This document shows, in pieces, positions 48,566 through 58,973 of a DNA stretch of 64,000 nt (its first letter is position 1; the number at the start of each line of letters is the position of its first letter). This DNA is from a virus (Duplodnaviria; Caudoviricetes), in IMG/VR virus record IMGVR_UViG_3300030330_006573, positions 115,986 through 179,985 of that record. One strand, given 5' to 3'. A program made the translations under genes and the position numbers. The notes beneath the pieces were generated by a model. The model was not told where the DNA came from and did no database searches. It saw only the letters and a program-made list of their open reading frames with translations.

Positions 48566-48850
48566 ATGAAAACATTACATAATACTAAAAACTGCAAGTA
48601 CAGAAGATTTCTTTATAAGAAATTAAAAAATGGTGATATTAGTGGCAAGTTTTATAAATTTGTTTGCAGAAGTCATCCTTATCGTCTTACAACTAGGAAT
48701 ATACAATTAATTGTAAATAAGATTCTTAGCAAAAATATGACAGAAGATAAAGCAATTCGTTTGTTGCAACAAGATACTAGTGAACTAAAGAGGCAACAAG
48801 ATTTGTACAAATCAAATGTAGAGTGCAGAAAGAAAATAGGTTGGAAATAA
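48566..48850 (+). CDS. Basic hypothetical protein
   Basis: ORF with TAATG coupling. Confidence 0.55.
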   Translation: MKTLHNTKNCKYRRFLYKKLKNGDISGKFYKFVCRSHPYRLTTRNIQLIVNKILSKNMTEDKAIRLLQQDTSELKRQQDLYKSNVECRKKIGWK

Positions 48851-48886
48851 ATTGAATACTTATTTTTAATATTTATTATTATATAA

Positions 48887-49306
48887 ATGGTAACTTTTAA
48901 AAATTTAAAATTTGAAAAGCATCATTGTATTGATGATGCTATAATTTCAAGACATAATTTTAAAAATGGATATTCTATTATTGTTCAAGCAAATAAAAGA
49001 TACCATGATGGTAAATCTTATATCCATAAATTTCAAGGGCATGAGCATCTTGAAATAAAAGGAAACAGAGATTATAAAGATAAAAAACTAATCAAAGAAA
49101 GTTATCAAGTCGTCCTTATTGATAAGAATGATAACATAATTGAGCTTGATGAATCTAGAAAACAAGTGCTTCAATTTGCTTCTGTTGAAGAAATAAATGA
49201 ACTACTAAAAATAATTGATAAAAAAGTTGAATCTTTTTTAAAAAATATTTATAATAAAAGAGAAAAGTATTTATTAGACTTGCTTGAACTTGAATATGAA
49301 AAATAA
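48887..49306 (+). CDS. Hypothetical protein
   Basis: ORF; TTGAAT lies 35 nt upstream. Confidence 0.65.
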   Translation: MVTFKNLKFEKHHCIDDAIISRHNFKNGYSIIVQANKRYHDGKSYIHKFQGHEHLEIKGNRDYKDKKLIKESYQVVLIDKNDNIIELDESRKQVLQFASVEEINELLKIIDKKVESFLKNIYNKREKYLLDLLELEYEK

Positions 49307-49609
49307 AGAAGAAGAAGATAAAATCAAAAAAGCAAAAGATAAAATTGCTTTTTTAAATAAAAAAGAAAATGTAAAAAAAAGAGAAGAAGATAAACAAAAA
49401 AAAATACAATCTAGAAAAAACATAAATAATATATAAAATATGAGCTTAGATGCAGACGATAATACAAAGTGGCTAGGATGGAGACTAGGCACTGCTATTG
49501 AAAGACAAACGGAAGAACTTGCAGAAGTTAAAGATGCTATTAAAAACCTTCAAAAAGTAATGGTTGAAATAAGCATCAAGTTGTCTGAAATAATTGACAA
49601 GGAATAATT

Positions 49610-50047
49610 TTGAGCGAAGAAAAAACATATGATGTATCTGTTTTTGTAGAGCAGTTGGCATCAATTAAAGTAAAAGCATCCTCTCAGAGAGATGCTGATG
49701 AAAAAATTAGAAGAGTTATTGACAATTACAATGACTTAGATAATGCGGATAAAAAAATTATTCCTTATTTACCTTTTGAAATATCTGAAGTTGAATACTG
49801 CTTTTATGATGTTATTGACGAAGGTGTTTTTCCACTTGCCAAAACAAAAGAGTCGTTTCAACCTACTTATAATTCTATAATTCAAGGTGGTGAAAATGAG
49901 TTGTTTAATCTCATGTCTCAGCACAAGGAACTTACCCAAGAAGTAGTCGATGAAATTAAATCAGAAGCATCTTCTGAAAAAGATGTATCAAATCCAGAAG
50001 AGTTTGTAAAGCTTAGGTCTGATGAAAAAAAATTAAAATTTAAATAA
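49610..50047 (+). CDS. Protein with DpnD/PcfM-like N-terminus
   Basis: TYDVSV.VEQ...IKVKASS..DA.EK. Confidence 0.55.
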   Translation: MSEEKTYDVSVFVEQLASIKVKASSQRDADEKIRRVIDNYNDLDNADKKIIPYLPFEISEVEYCFYDVIDEGVFPLAKTKESFQPTYNSIIQGGENELFNLMSQHKELTQEVVDEIKSEASSEKDVSNPEEFVKLRSDEKKLKFK

Positions 50048-50053
50048 ATATTT

Positions 50054-50287
50054 TTATCTATCTATTCTTTCAAATAATTTTATAATATCATTCCTTCTAT
50101 CTTCTAGAAGTCTTTGCGTTTGTTCCCACCTCTCGCTGTCTCTTGCTCCATTCCTTGCTAGAGATACTTCTTGCTCTCTAAGTTTTTCGCAAACTCTATC
50201 TATTCTAGCATTCTCTTTTTTCAAGAAAAAAGCTATCAAAGATAGAAGACCGCCAAAGGCAATCAATATTAATTCGTTAATCTCCAT
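50054..50287 (-). CDS. Single-TM coiled-coil protein, holin-like architecture
   Basis: N-terminal TM, charged coiled coil; GTGTAA 9 nt upstream on the minus strand. Confidence 0.65.
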   Translation of the reverse strand: MEINELILIAFGGLLSLIAFFLKKENARIDRVCEKLREQEVSLARNGARDSERWEQTQRLLEDRRNDIIKLFERIDR

Positions 50288-50309
50288 AATAAATATTTAC
50301 ACTTTTTTG

Positions 50310-50338
50310 TTGACATTTTGGCATTTATTTGAGAGAAT
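50310..50338 (+). promoter_or_regulatory. sigma70 promoter, leaderless
   Basis: TTGACA-17-GAGAAT-6-ATG(50345). Confidence 0.75.
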
Positions 50339-50344
50339 ATTTTC

Positions 50345-51424
50345 ATGGCAGAAGAAATCGATAGACTAGGATTGACTTGTATCAGCGAAGAGTTGAAGAA
50401 AAAGGATAAGGTAAAATATTCCTTTAAGACTATGACTCGCAGAGGCTTTAGAAACCTTTATACAAAAGAGGGAGAAAGTGTCGCAATCTCAGAACTTTCG
50501 CAGAGAATATTGCATAATGTTCGCGTAACTCGCTATATAATAAAGCATTGTAACAAGAATAATATTCCCCATTATCGTCTAAGCTCGGCAATCTTTCCAT
50601 TAATTACTGATAGTGAAACTAATGTAAGCCTAAATAGTTTACCCGACCATGCTCTAATACGTGAAGAATTAATATTTGCAGGTAAAATCGCAAAACATTT
50701 TGGAATATCTATTGGCTCTCACCCCGATCAATTCAACGTTCTTGCATCTGCAAATAAAGATGCAATAAATAGAACAATAAACGAATTGAATTTTCAAGCT
50801 AGTGTTCTTGACATGATGGGCTTGCCTCAAGATCATACTGCACCAATGAACATTCATATCAATGCACCATTGCCAAATATAGAGAATCAAGATGTGTCTG
50901 ATGAATCAAAAACTGATTCTGTTCTAAATCTAAAAATAGCTGAAGTCGCAGAATATTTTTATGACAATTTGATGAGATGCGATAGTGGAGTTATAAACAG
51001 ATTAACTATCGAGAACGAAGACAAAGGCGCATGGAATGTTGACAACATAATTAAATTTAGTGACTATATTTTTCAACAATTCAAATTTAATCTACCTGTT
51101 TGTTATGACAATTTACATGATGTCTGCAATCCCTCGGAGGTGCAGAATATTATATGGCAAGCTGAAAGATGCGCATATACATGGGCAGAAGAATGCTCTC
51201 CTGTCTTTCATTGGTCTGAGGGAGTAAATACTCCAAGTAAAGATATAAAAGGAAATAGAGGTGGAAATAAAAGTAAAGCACCTCGCACCCATGCCGAATA
51301 TTATTCATACAAATATGCACCTCCTATTATTGCCATCAGACCCGATCAAGCAGTTAAATGGGAATGCGAAGTAAAGGGGAAGGATTTAGCAATTAAACTT
51401 TTGAGAGAAAATTTTCAAGATTAA
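50345..51424 (+). CDS. uvsE: UV-damage endonuclease (UvsE/UVDE)
   Basis: RLG..C, YRLSS.IFP, HPDQF.VL, NIH, RLTIEN.D, YD.LH, FHWS, H, E.K.KD.A. Confidence 0.92.
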   Translation: MAEEIDRLGLTCISEELKKKDKVKYSFKTMTRRGFRNLYTKEGESVAISELSQRILHNVRVTRYIIKHCNKNNIPHYRLSSAIFPLITDSETNVSLNSLPDHALIREELIFAGKIAKHFGISIGSHPDQFNVLASANKDAINRTINELNFQASVLDMMGLPQDHTAPMNIHINAPLPNIENQDVSDESKTDSVLNLKIAEVAEYFYDNLMRCDSGVINRLTIENEDKGAWNVDNIIKFSDYIFQQFKFNLPVCYDNLHDVCNPSEVQNIIWQAERCAYTWAEECSPVFHWSEGVNTPSKDIKGNRGGNKSKAPRTHAEYYSYKYAPPIIAIRPDQAVKWECEVKGKDLAIKLLRENFQD

Positions 51425-51431
51425 ACAATAA

Positions 51432-51507
51432 GCTATCTTAGCTCAGTTGGTAGAGCAGTTGCCTTGTAAGCAACAGGTCATCGGTTCAAGTCCGATAGAT
51501 AGCTCCA
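51432..51507 (+). tRNA. tRNA-Thr(UGU)
   Basis: Cloverleaf; anticodon arm GTTGC-CTTGTAA-GCAAC; encoded CCA. Confidence 0.95.
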
Positions 51508-51509
51508 TT

Positions 51510-51586
51510 GCGGGAGTAGCTCAGTTGGATAGAGCATCTGTCTTCTAAACAGAATGTCGTGAGTTCAAGTCTCACCTCTCGCGCCA
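51510..51586 (+). tRNA. tRNA-Arg(UCU)
   Basis: TCTGT-CTTCTAA-ACAGA; encoded CCA. Confidence 0.95.
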
Positions 51587-51587
51587 T

Positions 51588-51673
51588 GCGGATGTGGCGG
51601 AATTGGTAGACGCTACAGACTTAAAATCTGTTGCCCGTAGGGCGTGTGGGTTCAATTCCCACCATCCGCACCA
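51588..51673 (+). tRNA. tRNA-Leu(UAA)
   Basis: ACAGA-CTTAAAA-TCTGT, long variable arm, encoded CCA. Confidence 0.95.
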
Positions 51674-51681
51674 TTTTTTTG

Positions 51682-51710
51682 TTGACATATTTTAAATTTT
51701 TTGTTACCTT
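51682..51710 (+). promoter_or_regulatory. sigma70 promoter, leaderless
   Basis: TTGACA-17-TACCTT (TG extension)-6-ATG(51717). Confidence 0.75.
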
Positions 51711-51716
51711 GGCATC

Positions 51717-52286
51717 ATGACACGCAAGATAATAACCATACAAGGAAACCTTCTAGACTTTCCAACGTATTGCAAAACTGATCCCGATAAATACATAGGG
51801 ATTAGCGCCATTGCACACTCATGTAATACTAGAAATATTATGGGTGCAGGTATTGCGAAGCAAATAAAGAATCGCTACCCTCAAGCATACGAGGCAGACA
51901 CAAAAGCTTTTAATACTGAGTATGACAAAAATGGTCAGTATGTCCATTGGTTAGGTAAATTTTCTAAAGCGGAAATAAACTCTAAATTTCTGCCCAACGA
52001 TAAAGGTTATATATATAATATGTATACGCAAGCGAGTATCGGAAAAGGCAGGGAAGTTGATTACGAAAAATTTTGGGAAGCATTAAAAAGAGTTGAGCAA
52101 GACCTTTATGAAATGAATGTAGCAAAGCATGAATACGATGGTTCTTCTCCACCTGTTCTTGGTTTACCTCATGGAATCTCTTGTGGGCTTGCAGGGGGTA
52201 ATTGGGGCATAATAAAAGCAATGATTGAAGATATTTTTCTTGACTCTCCCATAGAATGCTACATAGTCAAATTTGATTTAGCATGA
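51717..52286 (+). CDS. Macrodomain protein (ADP-ribose hydrolase-like)
   Basis: GNLL, IAHSCN...MGAGIAKQIK.RYP, YNMYTQ, P.GISCGLAGGNW. Confidence 0.88.
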   Translation: MTRKIITIQGNLLDFPTYCKTDPDKYIGISAIAHSCNTRNIMGAGIAKQIKNRYPQAYEADTKAFNTEYDKNGQYVHWLGKFSKAEINSKFLPNDKGYIYNMYTQASIGKGREVDYEKFWEALKRVEQDLYEMNVAKHEYDGSSPPVLGLPHGISCGLAGGNWGIIKAMIEDIFLDSPIECYIVKFDLA

Positions 52287-52705
52287 AAGTTTTATATATA
52301 GTCAGAGGTCTTTCGGGAAGCGGTAAGAGTAGTATCGCTAAAGAACTCGTTAATCAAATATGGGATTCAGAAAGCAAGTCTTTTATTGAAGATTTTTATT
52401 CTGCTGATGATTATTTTACTGATTATAATGGCAATTATAATTTTGATCCAAATAAGCTAAAGGAAGCGCATGAGGAATGCCAAAAGAATGTTGAGCTTGC
52501 AATGCAAAGAGATTGTGTTCGTAAGGTTGCAGTAGCAAATACTTTTTCTCAAGCATGGGAAGCAGAACCTTATTTTAAGTTAGCAAAAAAACATGGCTTT
52601 AATCCTTTTGTCTTGGAATGTCAGAATGATTTTGGAAATATTCATGAAGTTCCGCAAAAAAGTATTGACAAAATGAAAGAAAGATGGGAAGATAGATTGA
52701 TATGA
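52283..52705 (+). CDS. P-loop polynucleotide-kinase-like protein (AAA_33/N4BP2-like)
   Basis: RGLSGSGKS, SADDYF, L.EAH..C, VANTF..WE, H.VP...I.KM..RWE. Confidence 0.85.
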   Translation: MKVLYIVRGLSGSGKSSIAKELVNQIWDSESKSFIEDFYSADDYFTDYNGNYNFDPNKLKEAHEECQKNVELAMQRDCVRKVAVANTFSQAWEAEPYFKLAKKHGFNPFVLECQNDFGNIHEVPQKSIDKMKERWEDRLI

Positions 52706-55700
52706 ATGATAGATTTGATTTAGAAGAAGCTATAAGCGATGTATTTACAAGTAACGAAGAATTAGAAACTCTTTTGTACAGAATAGGAGATTCACCTGTC
52801 ACTCCATCAGAGGATGAGGTGATGAATATTCTTATTGGAATTATTGCTTTAAATAAAGTTAGATATGAAAAACTATGGAATACTTTTGAGGCTCTTATAG
52901 CAAATGGCACAATTACAAACAAAGGTGTTGACAAGATTGATCTTCCCGACTATGATGATGGAACAATGGCAATGAAAGTTACAAATTCAGAAGGAGAAGT
53001 AGAATGATTATTGAAGTAGAAAAGCCTTGGAAGGTTTCAGAAATAGTAGAGCAAAAAATATATAAATTAGCTTTAGCACATATCAAAAAAGTTGAAGCTA
53101 ATCCCGACGTTAAGACTGAAGGAGATAATTTTGACTATTGGAATACCTCTAAGCTAGAGGATGGCACTCATATAGATTATAACATTTATTGTGGTGACGA
53201 GTGGTGTGTGCCTAAGCAAGATGGTTCGGGAGAATATGAATATACTCATTACAAAACATGGTCTTGGGATGTTAGCATTTATGCAGTCGATCTACCAACC
53301 AAAAAAGGTGGTTATGGTCAAATCAATACAGATAAAGAACAATGTCTATTTACTTATAATAAGAGTTATGGAAATTTTGAGGTAGATTTTGATGTTTGAT
53401 ACAGAGTTTATAAAGGTGACTGAAATGTGGCAAGATGGAAAATACATTGAAGTTGGAGACTTAATAAATAAAGAAGAGTGGGATTCATCAAAAGTTGCAG
53501 AGTTTTGCGCTTATTTAAATAAATATTTAGGCAGTAGACAGCTTGACATTTTCTATAAGTTTTTATGAAAATTACTCTTGACATATTTAGAAATTTTTGT
53601 TAGTGTCGTTTTATTATGAGCGGAGAAGGATTATCAGTAAGTTTTAGAAGAACAAAGCAGACTACAAAGTCTAATCAGCAACTCCTTGAAGAGTTTCAAG
53701 ACTTAGTTTATTCTAATAAGAAAATAATGTCGCACATGAAATGGTATGGCAAAGCTCATACCCTTGACATACTAGAACATGGTGACGACAATCGACAAAA
53801 GTTTGAGCAAGAATATGTTGCAATCAAAGACACCTTTCAATTTGAGATTAGTGTTTATGAATCTTGGTATGAAGATGCTGATGTTTATGAATCACACGAA
53901 AGAAAAGATAGTTTCGTTTCTCTTGCTAAAGAATTTGCACAGAATAATAATCTAATGTATTTCCCCCAAGGATTTCCTGCTGAATGGATAGAGGGAGAAA
54001 TAATTGATGGAAAGAAAAATTGGAATCATTATGTTGTAAAACCCGATGATAAAAACATTGACAGAATTTGCGAAGTGTGGTATGACTATGGAATGCAAAA
54101 GTTAAAAAATGATTCCAAAGAACTTTGGTATCAAGCTAGAGATAAAATCAAACAATTAATGGAGAATAGACATGAGTGCGAATATGCAAAATAAAATGAA
54201 TATAGTTCCTAGCAACGAACATGGCGAAGATTTTGAAATGACTAGCCATTTTGCTTGGCTTAAAGTCGGAGACTACTCTCTTCAGATCGTAGACGATGCT
54301 GATGAGTTAAGAGTAAGAGTTTACCCTTATGGTGATGAACATGAAGAAATTGATGCCATTTATGTTGCTAAATAAGCAATAGTATTGCCAAATAACTATC
54401 ACATAAACCAATTAATATAATTCATCCCTGTTGTTATCGCTGACAAAATAACGCCAACCATAAATTTACAAAGCTTAAAACATTCATTATCACTTAACAT
54501 AGCAAACAAATAACGACTTACAAGAAAAAAAAGATCACATGAAAACAAAAAAACTTAAAAATTGGGAAAGAAGGGAAAATGCCACTTTAAAGTCTAAAGA
54601 AATTCTTAAAGAAGTGAATGATTTTTTAGAAGATCACGATTACGGAGAACTTGTTTTTAGAATAGCACATGGAGACATCCTCATGGTAGAAAGAAGAACT
54701 CAGAAAAAATGGGGAGCAGTTCCAAGAAAATACAGAGAATATTATAAGGAAGAAGAGGTTTCAACATGAGTTTTATATCTTATATTGCAGTTGATTGGGA
54801 CAAAGCAAACCCGATTTTACCACAAAAACCAATTCTAATGACGAAGACGGAAGCATATAAATTAAATAAACAATTACTTTTAAATGGTGAAAAGAAAAGG
54901 TATGTCAGAGAAGAGTTAGGTCTAAGTTTGAACAATACAAATAAAAAATAATATGAGCGTAAAAGATAGTCATCTAACAATTAGAAAAGATTTAGTCGAA
55001 GAGGGTTTGTCTGTACCTGTTTGGTTTCTCGATTACAAAGAAGATACTCATGTAGAAGATACTCCTACATTGAATATTGATTGCGATTATTGCACCGATG
55101 GCGAGGAATTAAATGATTATGGAGCAAACATTATAGTAAAGATTACTGATCCTAGCAGAAAAGATGAATACGGCAATCCTTGGAAAGAAAGATTAGCCTT
55201 TGCAATATCAGCAGATTTTAATTGGAACTAGATAGAAAGGTTATAGATATGGGTTACGATTTAACAAACGAAAAGAGCAATTATTTTAGATGGAATATTT
55301 GGGGTTGGGGAGAAGTTATTAATTTAGCTTTATCATACGATTGGCAACCTCAAGGAACTGAAATAGATAAGAATCGCTTTGAGAATTATGAAGAATATGA
55401 GTCTTTCAAAAAAGACTATGAAGGTTCTTATTTTGGTAATGATGGTCAAAGAGTTTGCGCAGAAGATGCCAAAGCATTTAGCGACGCTTTAGAGTCTTCA
55501 CTCGATGACATTCCCGATGAAAGAGTGGAAGAAAGAGAGTCAACACCTATTGATGATAAATTTCTTAAAGAGAGGGCTAAGATTTGGAATCAAGAGCATT
55601 CTGCTTTAATGACTAGATTTTCGGGAAAGTCAAATAAAAAATATCTCAAAGATTTTATTACTTTCTTGAGGGAAGGAGCTTTTTACATATATTAATCATG

Positions 55701-56030
55701 TGGAATTACAGAATAATTAAGAACGAAACTGATGCGGGTGAGTCTGATCAATATGGCTTATTTGAAGTTTTTTACAACGAAAAAGGAGAAATATTCGGGC
55801 ATGATAGCGAACCTTTAGTTCATGCAGATAGTATTGAGGAGATTATAAAATCATTAGAATTAATGATTTCTGATACTAAAAAACACTTGGAAGGAGAGAA
55901 AGAAATTTTAGAAATTAACAAAATAAAATTTAAACCGCTTTATGACGAAGAAACAACGGAAGATTTAAGTGGTTTGTTTGAAGATTTTTTAAACAATGAA
56001 GGAAAAGAAGAAAGTTACGAAAACAACTAA
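52702..56030 (+). other. Run of small hypothetical genes (52702, 53004, 53392, 53616, 54172, 54539, 54766, 54953, 55249, 55698)
   Basis: Abutting + strand ORFs; promoter TTGACA-17-TAGTGT at 53578; no recognised functions. Confidence 0.7.
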
Positions 56031-56130
56031 GTCTAAACCTAAAAGCAGAAATGGTAAAGGCGATTCTCCTAGAAACATATCGGAGCAATTCAAAAAAAAT
56101 TACGAACAAATAAATTGGAAAAAGAAGTAA
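55996..56130 (+). CDS. Small basic protein, 44 aa (NGKGDSPR...NYEQINW), not in the ORF track
   Basis: Translated by hand; fills the gap. Confidence 0.55.
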   Translation: MKEKKKVTKTTKSKPKSRNGKGDSPRNISEQFKKNYEQINWKKK

Positions 56131-56149
56131 AGTAAATGTAATATATCTT

Positions 56150-56296
56150 ATGAGTAAATTTTTATTTTTAGTTTTTATTTTGATGGGTTGTCAATCTTCT
56201 TATTTAAATTGCCATACTCACAAATGTAATGGCGAAGAAGTTTGCAGAGGAAAGTGTGAAACAAAATGCAAGGATTGCAAATGCGATGAACATTAA
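56150..56296 (+). CDS. Small Cys/His-rich putative lipoprotein, 48 aa, not in the ORF track
   Basis: MSKFLFLVFILMGCQSSYLNCHTHKCNGEEVCRGKCETKCKDCKCDEH; lipobox-like LMGC. Confidence 0.6.
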   Translation: MSKFLFLVFILMGCQSSYLNCHTHKCNGEEVCRGKCETKCKDCKCDEH

Positions 56297-56507
56297 ATTA
56301 CATAATTTACTTAGATCAGATGCGGAAGCAAGAAAAGCTAAAGCACTAATGTCTCTTCACCTTCTAGATGACAAAGCGGTAGGGATAGGAGATCATTCTA
56401 CTGAAGATTTTTATAACAATGCAAAAGAAGCATTGTCTGAATTAACTACTGCTGAAGACGAATTATCTACTTTAGATAAATATGTAAGTGGTGACTACGA
56501 AAATTGA
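56286..56507 (+). CDS. Hypothetical protein (start probably 56286)
   Basis: AVGIGDHS..D motif; overlaps the lipoprotein stop. Confidence 0.65.
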   Translation: MNIKLHNLLRSDAEARKAKALMSLHLLDDKAVGIGDHSTEDFYNNAKEALSELTTAEDELSTLDKYVSGDYEN

Positions 56508-56858
56508 TGTGTAAATAAATATGTGGAATATTATTTTTGTATAGCTTTATGCACTTTTCTGACAATCTGTTTAATAGCAGACATGATAAGATAGAGACTG
56601 AATATTCACAAACTCTAAAAGACCATATATTATTAATTTCTGAAGAACTATCTCTTTTTACAACAAGAGATGAACTTATCCTAGTTCGTGATAGAATAGG
56701 ATTCTGCTTAGAAGAATTATTATTTTGGATAGAGCGAAACAACTCTGAAAAATATGAGTATTCTTTAAAGTCTCTCCTTTCTTGGCTTTTAGAAAAGTAC
56801 GAAGAAGGTTTTTAAAACATTGACACAGAATACTATTTATGTTATGTTCTAATTTATT

Positions 56859-57977
56859 ATGAAAACAAAATATATATACAATGTTGAAGGGGAAATTATA
56901 GGGGAGAAGAGCGAAATATCAAAAGCAATAACAAAAGCGATGCAAGCCTCTATTGATAGCGTCGAAAGAAGAAATCCAATCAAAACACAAATTAAGTTTC
57001 AAGATTTATGTTTTGGCGAGGATGCCGAATTAGTTTCTAGGGGTCAAGAAAGAGTTGCGGAAGCATATAGAGATAAGTGGGGAGTGCCAATGGATGTGGA
57101 AAAAGGAGTTACAGACTCTATGGAGTTTTATAAACTTGATGATTCTTGTTTTTCTGATGTCAAATGGGTTTCTCCTAGTATAGAATTTCATTTTGAAGAC
57201 AAGAAAATAAAATCAATAGAGTTGCAGAAAGGAGATACTATGAAATTTCTTTTTGCTTCAATTAATGTTGATGACTTTGAATGGGATGAAGAAGCATTAG
57301 CAACTATCCCTAAAACACAAGAACAATTAGAAATTAAAAAGTTTTTTGATTTACTTGATCACGATTCAGTTTTACAAACAGGTGGTGAAATGGTAATGTA
57401 TAAGGTTTATCTAACTGAAGAATTAGGGGGAGGTTATGTTAGGGGTTATGTACCCGCTAGTGCTTCCTACAAAAGATTTGCAGAATTAAGTCGTCAACAA
57501 ATCAACTCTAGTGACTTTAATAATATAAATAAGGAGCAGACTGAATATAAGTTAAATGTTTTAATGACTGCATTTAAGGTTATGGCTTTTGCATCCATAC
57601 CTAAACTTGCACCAATTCCTGTTCCCAAAAAAGACAAGAAGACAAGGAAGAAAATAGGAAATAGAATTGGAAAGAAGCTAGATAAAGGGCAAATTTTTAG
57701 AGTCGTTCTTCTGCCCAAAATAATAAAACAATATTCCTACAAAGATAAATCTAAAGGAAAGGGCAATTCTCTTGAAAATGGAAGAGTTGGTCATTTAGTA
57801 TATTATAAACATCAGAGGTTCGTGAACTTACAACACACATGGGATTTACGCCCACCAATACCCGACAAACATGGCAATCTTCCAAAAGTTGCCTATAAGG
57901 TTAGGATGCCAAAGATTGATACTGAATCAACAGAGAATCATCATCAAGCCTTAGAACTTTTAGAAGAAGTTTCTTGA
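56859..57977 (+). CDS. Hypothetical 372-aa protein
   Basis: Promoter TTGACA-17-TATGTT at 56820; basic C-part with GRVGH. Confidence 0.8.
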   Translation: MKTKYIYNVEGEIIGEKSEISKAITKAMQASIDSVERRNPIKTQIKFQDLCFGEDAELVSRGQERVAEAYRDKWGVPMDVEKGVTDSMEFYKLDDSCFSDVKWVSPSIEFHFEDKKIKSIELQKGDTMKFLFASINVDDFEWDEEALATIPKTQEQLEIKKFFDLLDHDSVLQTGGEMVMYKVYLTEELGGGYVRGYVPASASYKRFAELSRQQINSSDFNNINKEQTEYKLNVLMTAFKVMAFASIPKLAPIPVPKKDKKTRKKIGNRIGKKLDKGQIFRVVLLPKIIKQYSYKDKSKGKGNSLENGRVGHLVYYKHQRFVNLQHTWDLRPPIPDKHGNLPKVAYKVRMPKIDTESTENHHQALELLEEVS

Positions 57978-58002
57978 CAAAAAATATTATTTATGTTAAG
58001 GT
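57974..58002 (+). promoter_or_regulatory. sigma70 promoter, leaderless
   Basis: TTGACA-17-TAAGGT-6-ATG(58009). Confidence 0.8.
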
Positions 58003-58973
58003 TGCATTATGAATAAGAAATACGAAGTATATATATCAGAAGAACAAGGTGGATACATTGTTGTTAATGCCGATAACGAAGATCAAGCGGTAAATATTGC
58101 CGAAGACTTAGTAGGTCATTATGGTTGTGACAAACTTTTGTTTCCCGAAAACGAAGAGTTATTTAAATATTGTGGTAAACAGAAGCATGGAGAAACTAGT
58201 GTTAATGGAGCGAGGGAGATAAAATGAGTGAAATAAAAGAATTATGGGATTTGTCATGGTCAGATGGTTTTGCCTTGACATTTATATTAATGGGACTTTA
58301 TACTTATAAAGTTTGGATAGATAATAAATTTAAAAAATGATCACTTTAATTAGGAGTTGGATTCATAAATTTATTCATAGAAAAAAAGTTGATGGTGCAA
58401 TTAAAGATTGCATGATTAAAAACGAAAGGATATTAGAATTAATAGGGGATGATGCTGATTACGATGGTATGGGAGATTGGGGAAGATTCCCACCAATAAA
58501 AAAGAAAAAATGAAAATAGATTTAGGAATAAGAGGTAGTGTGGATGCAGTCAATCATATACTAATTAAAGTAAATGATGATTTTATTTTGCAAACTAAAG
58601 ATAATTTATTTATTGCAGGAGAAGAAGGTAGAGATAAAACAGGAAAAGGTTTAGTTGAGCTATTAGAAACTTTATCCAAAGATCACGAAATATCTGTTCG
58701 TAAAAGTGTTGCCGAAGAAATTGAAAGAGAATTAAATTTAAATGGAGAAATAAGTAAATATGGCACATGATGAATTTAATAGTGGGGCAAGGCATGGATT
58801 CTGCATGGCTAAACTTGCAGTCAGAGATGTTGACAGGCAGATAGAATATCCCGATCATTACGAAAGAGATCAAAAAGAATTTTTGAAGTATCACATTCAA
58901 AAAGATTTATTGCACAAAATATATGAAGCAATCAACAAAATGATGGAAGAAGAAGTGCATGAAAACGATTATT

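Noticed and set aside
56509-56544. GTGTAA motif before ATG 56521
   Set aside because: The spacing is 6 nt and the ORF is only 7 codons, so it was not counted as support for the motif.
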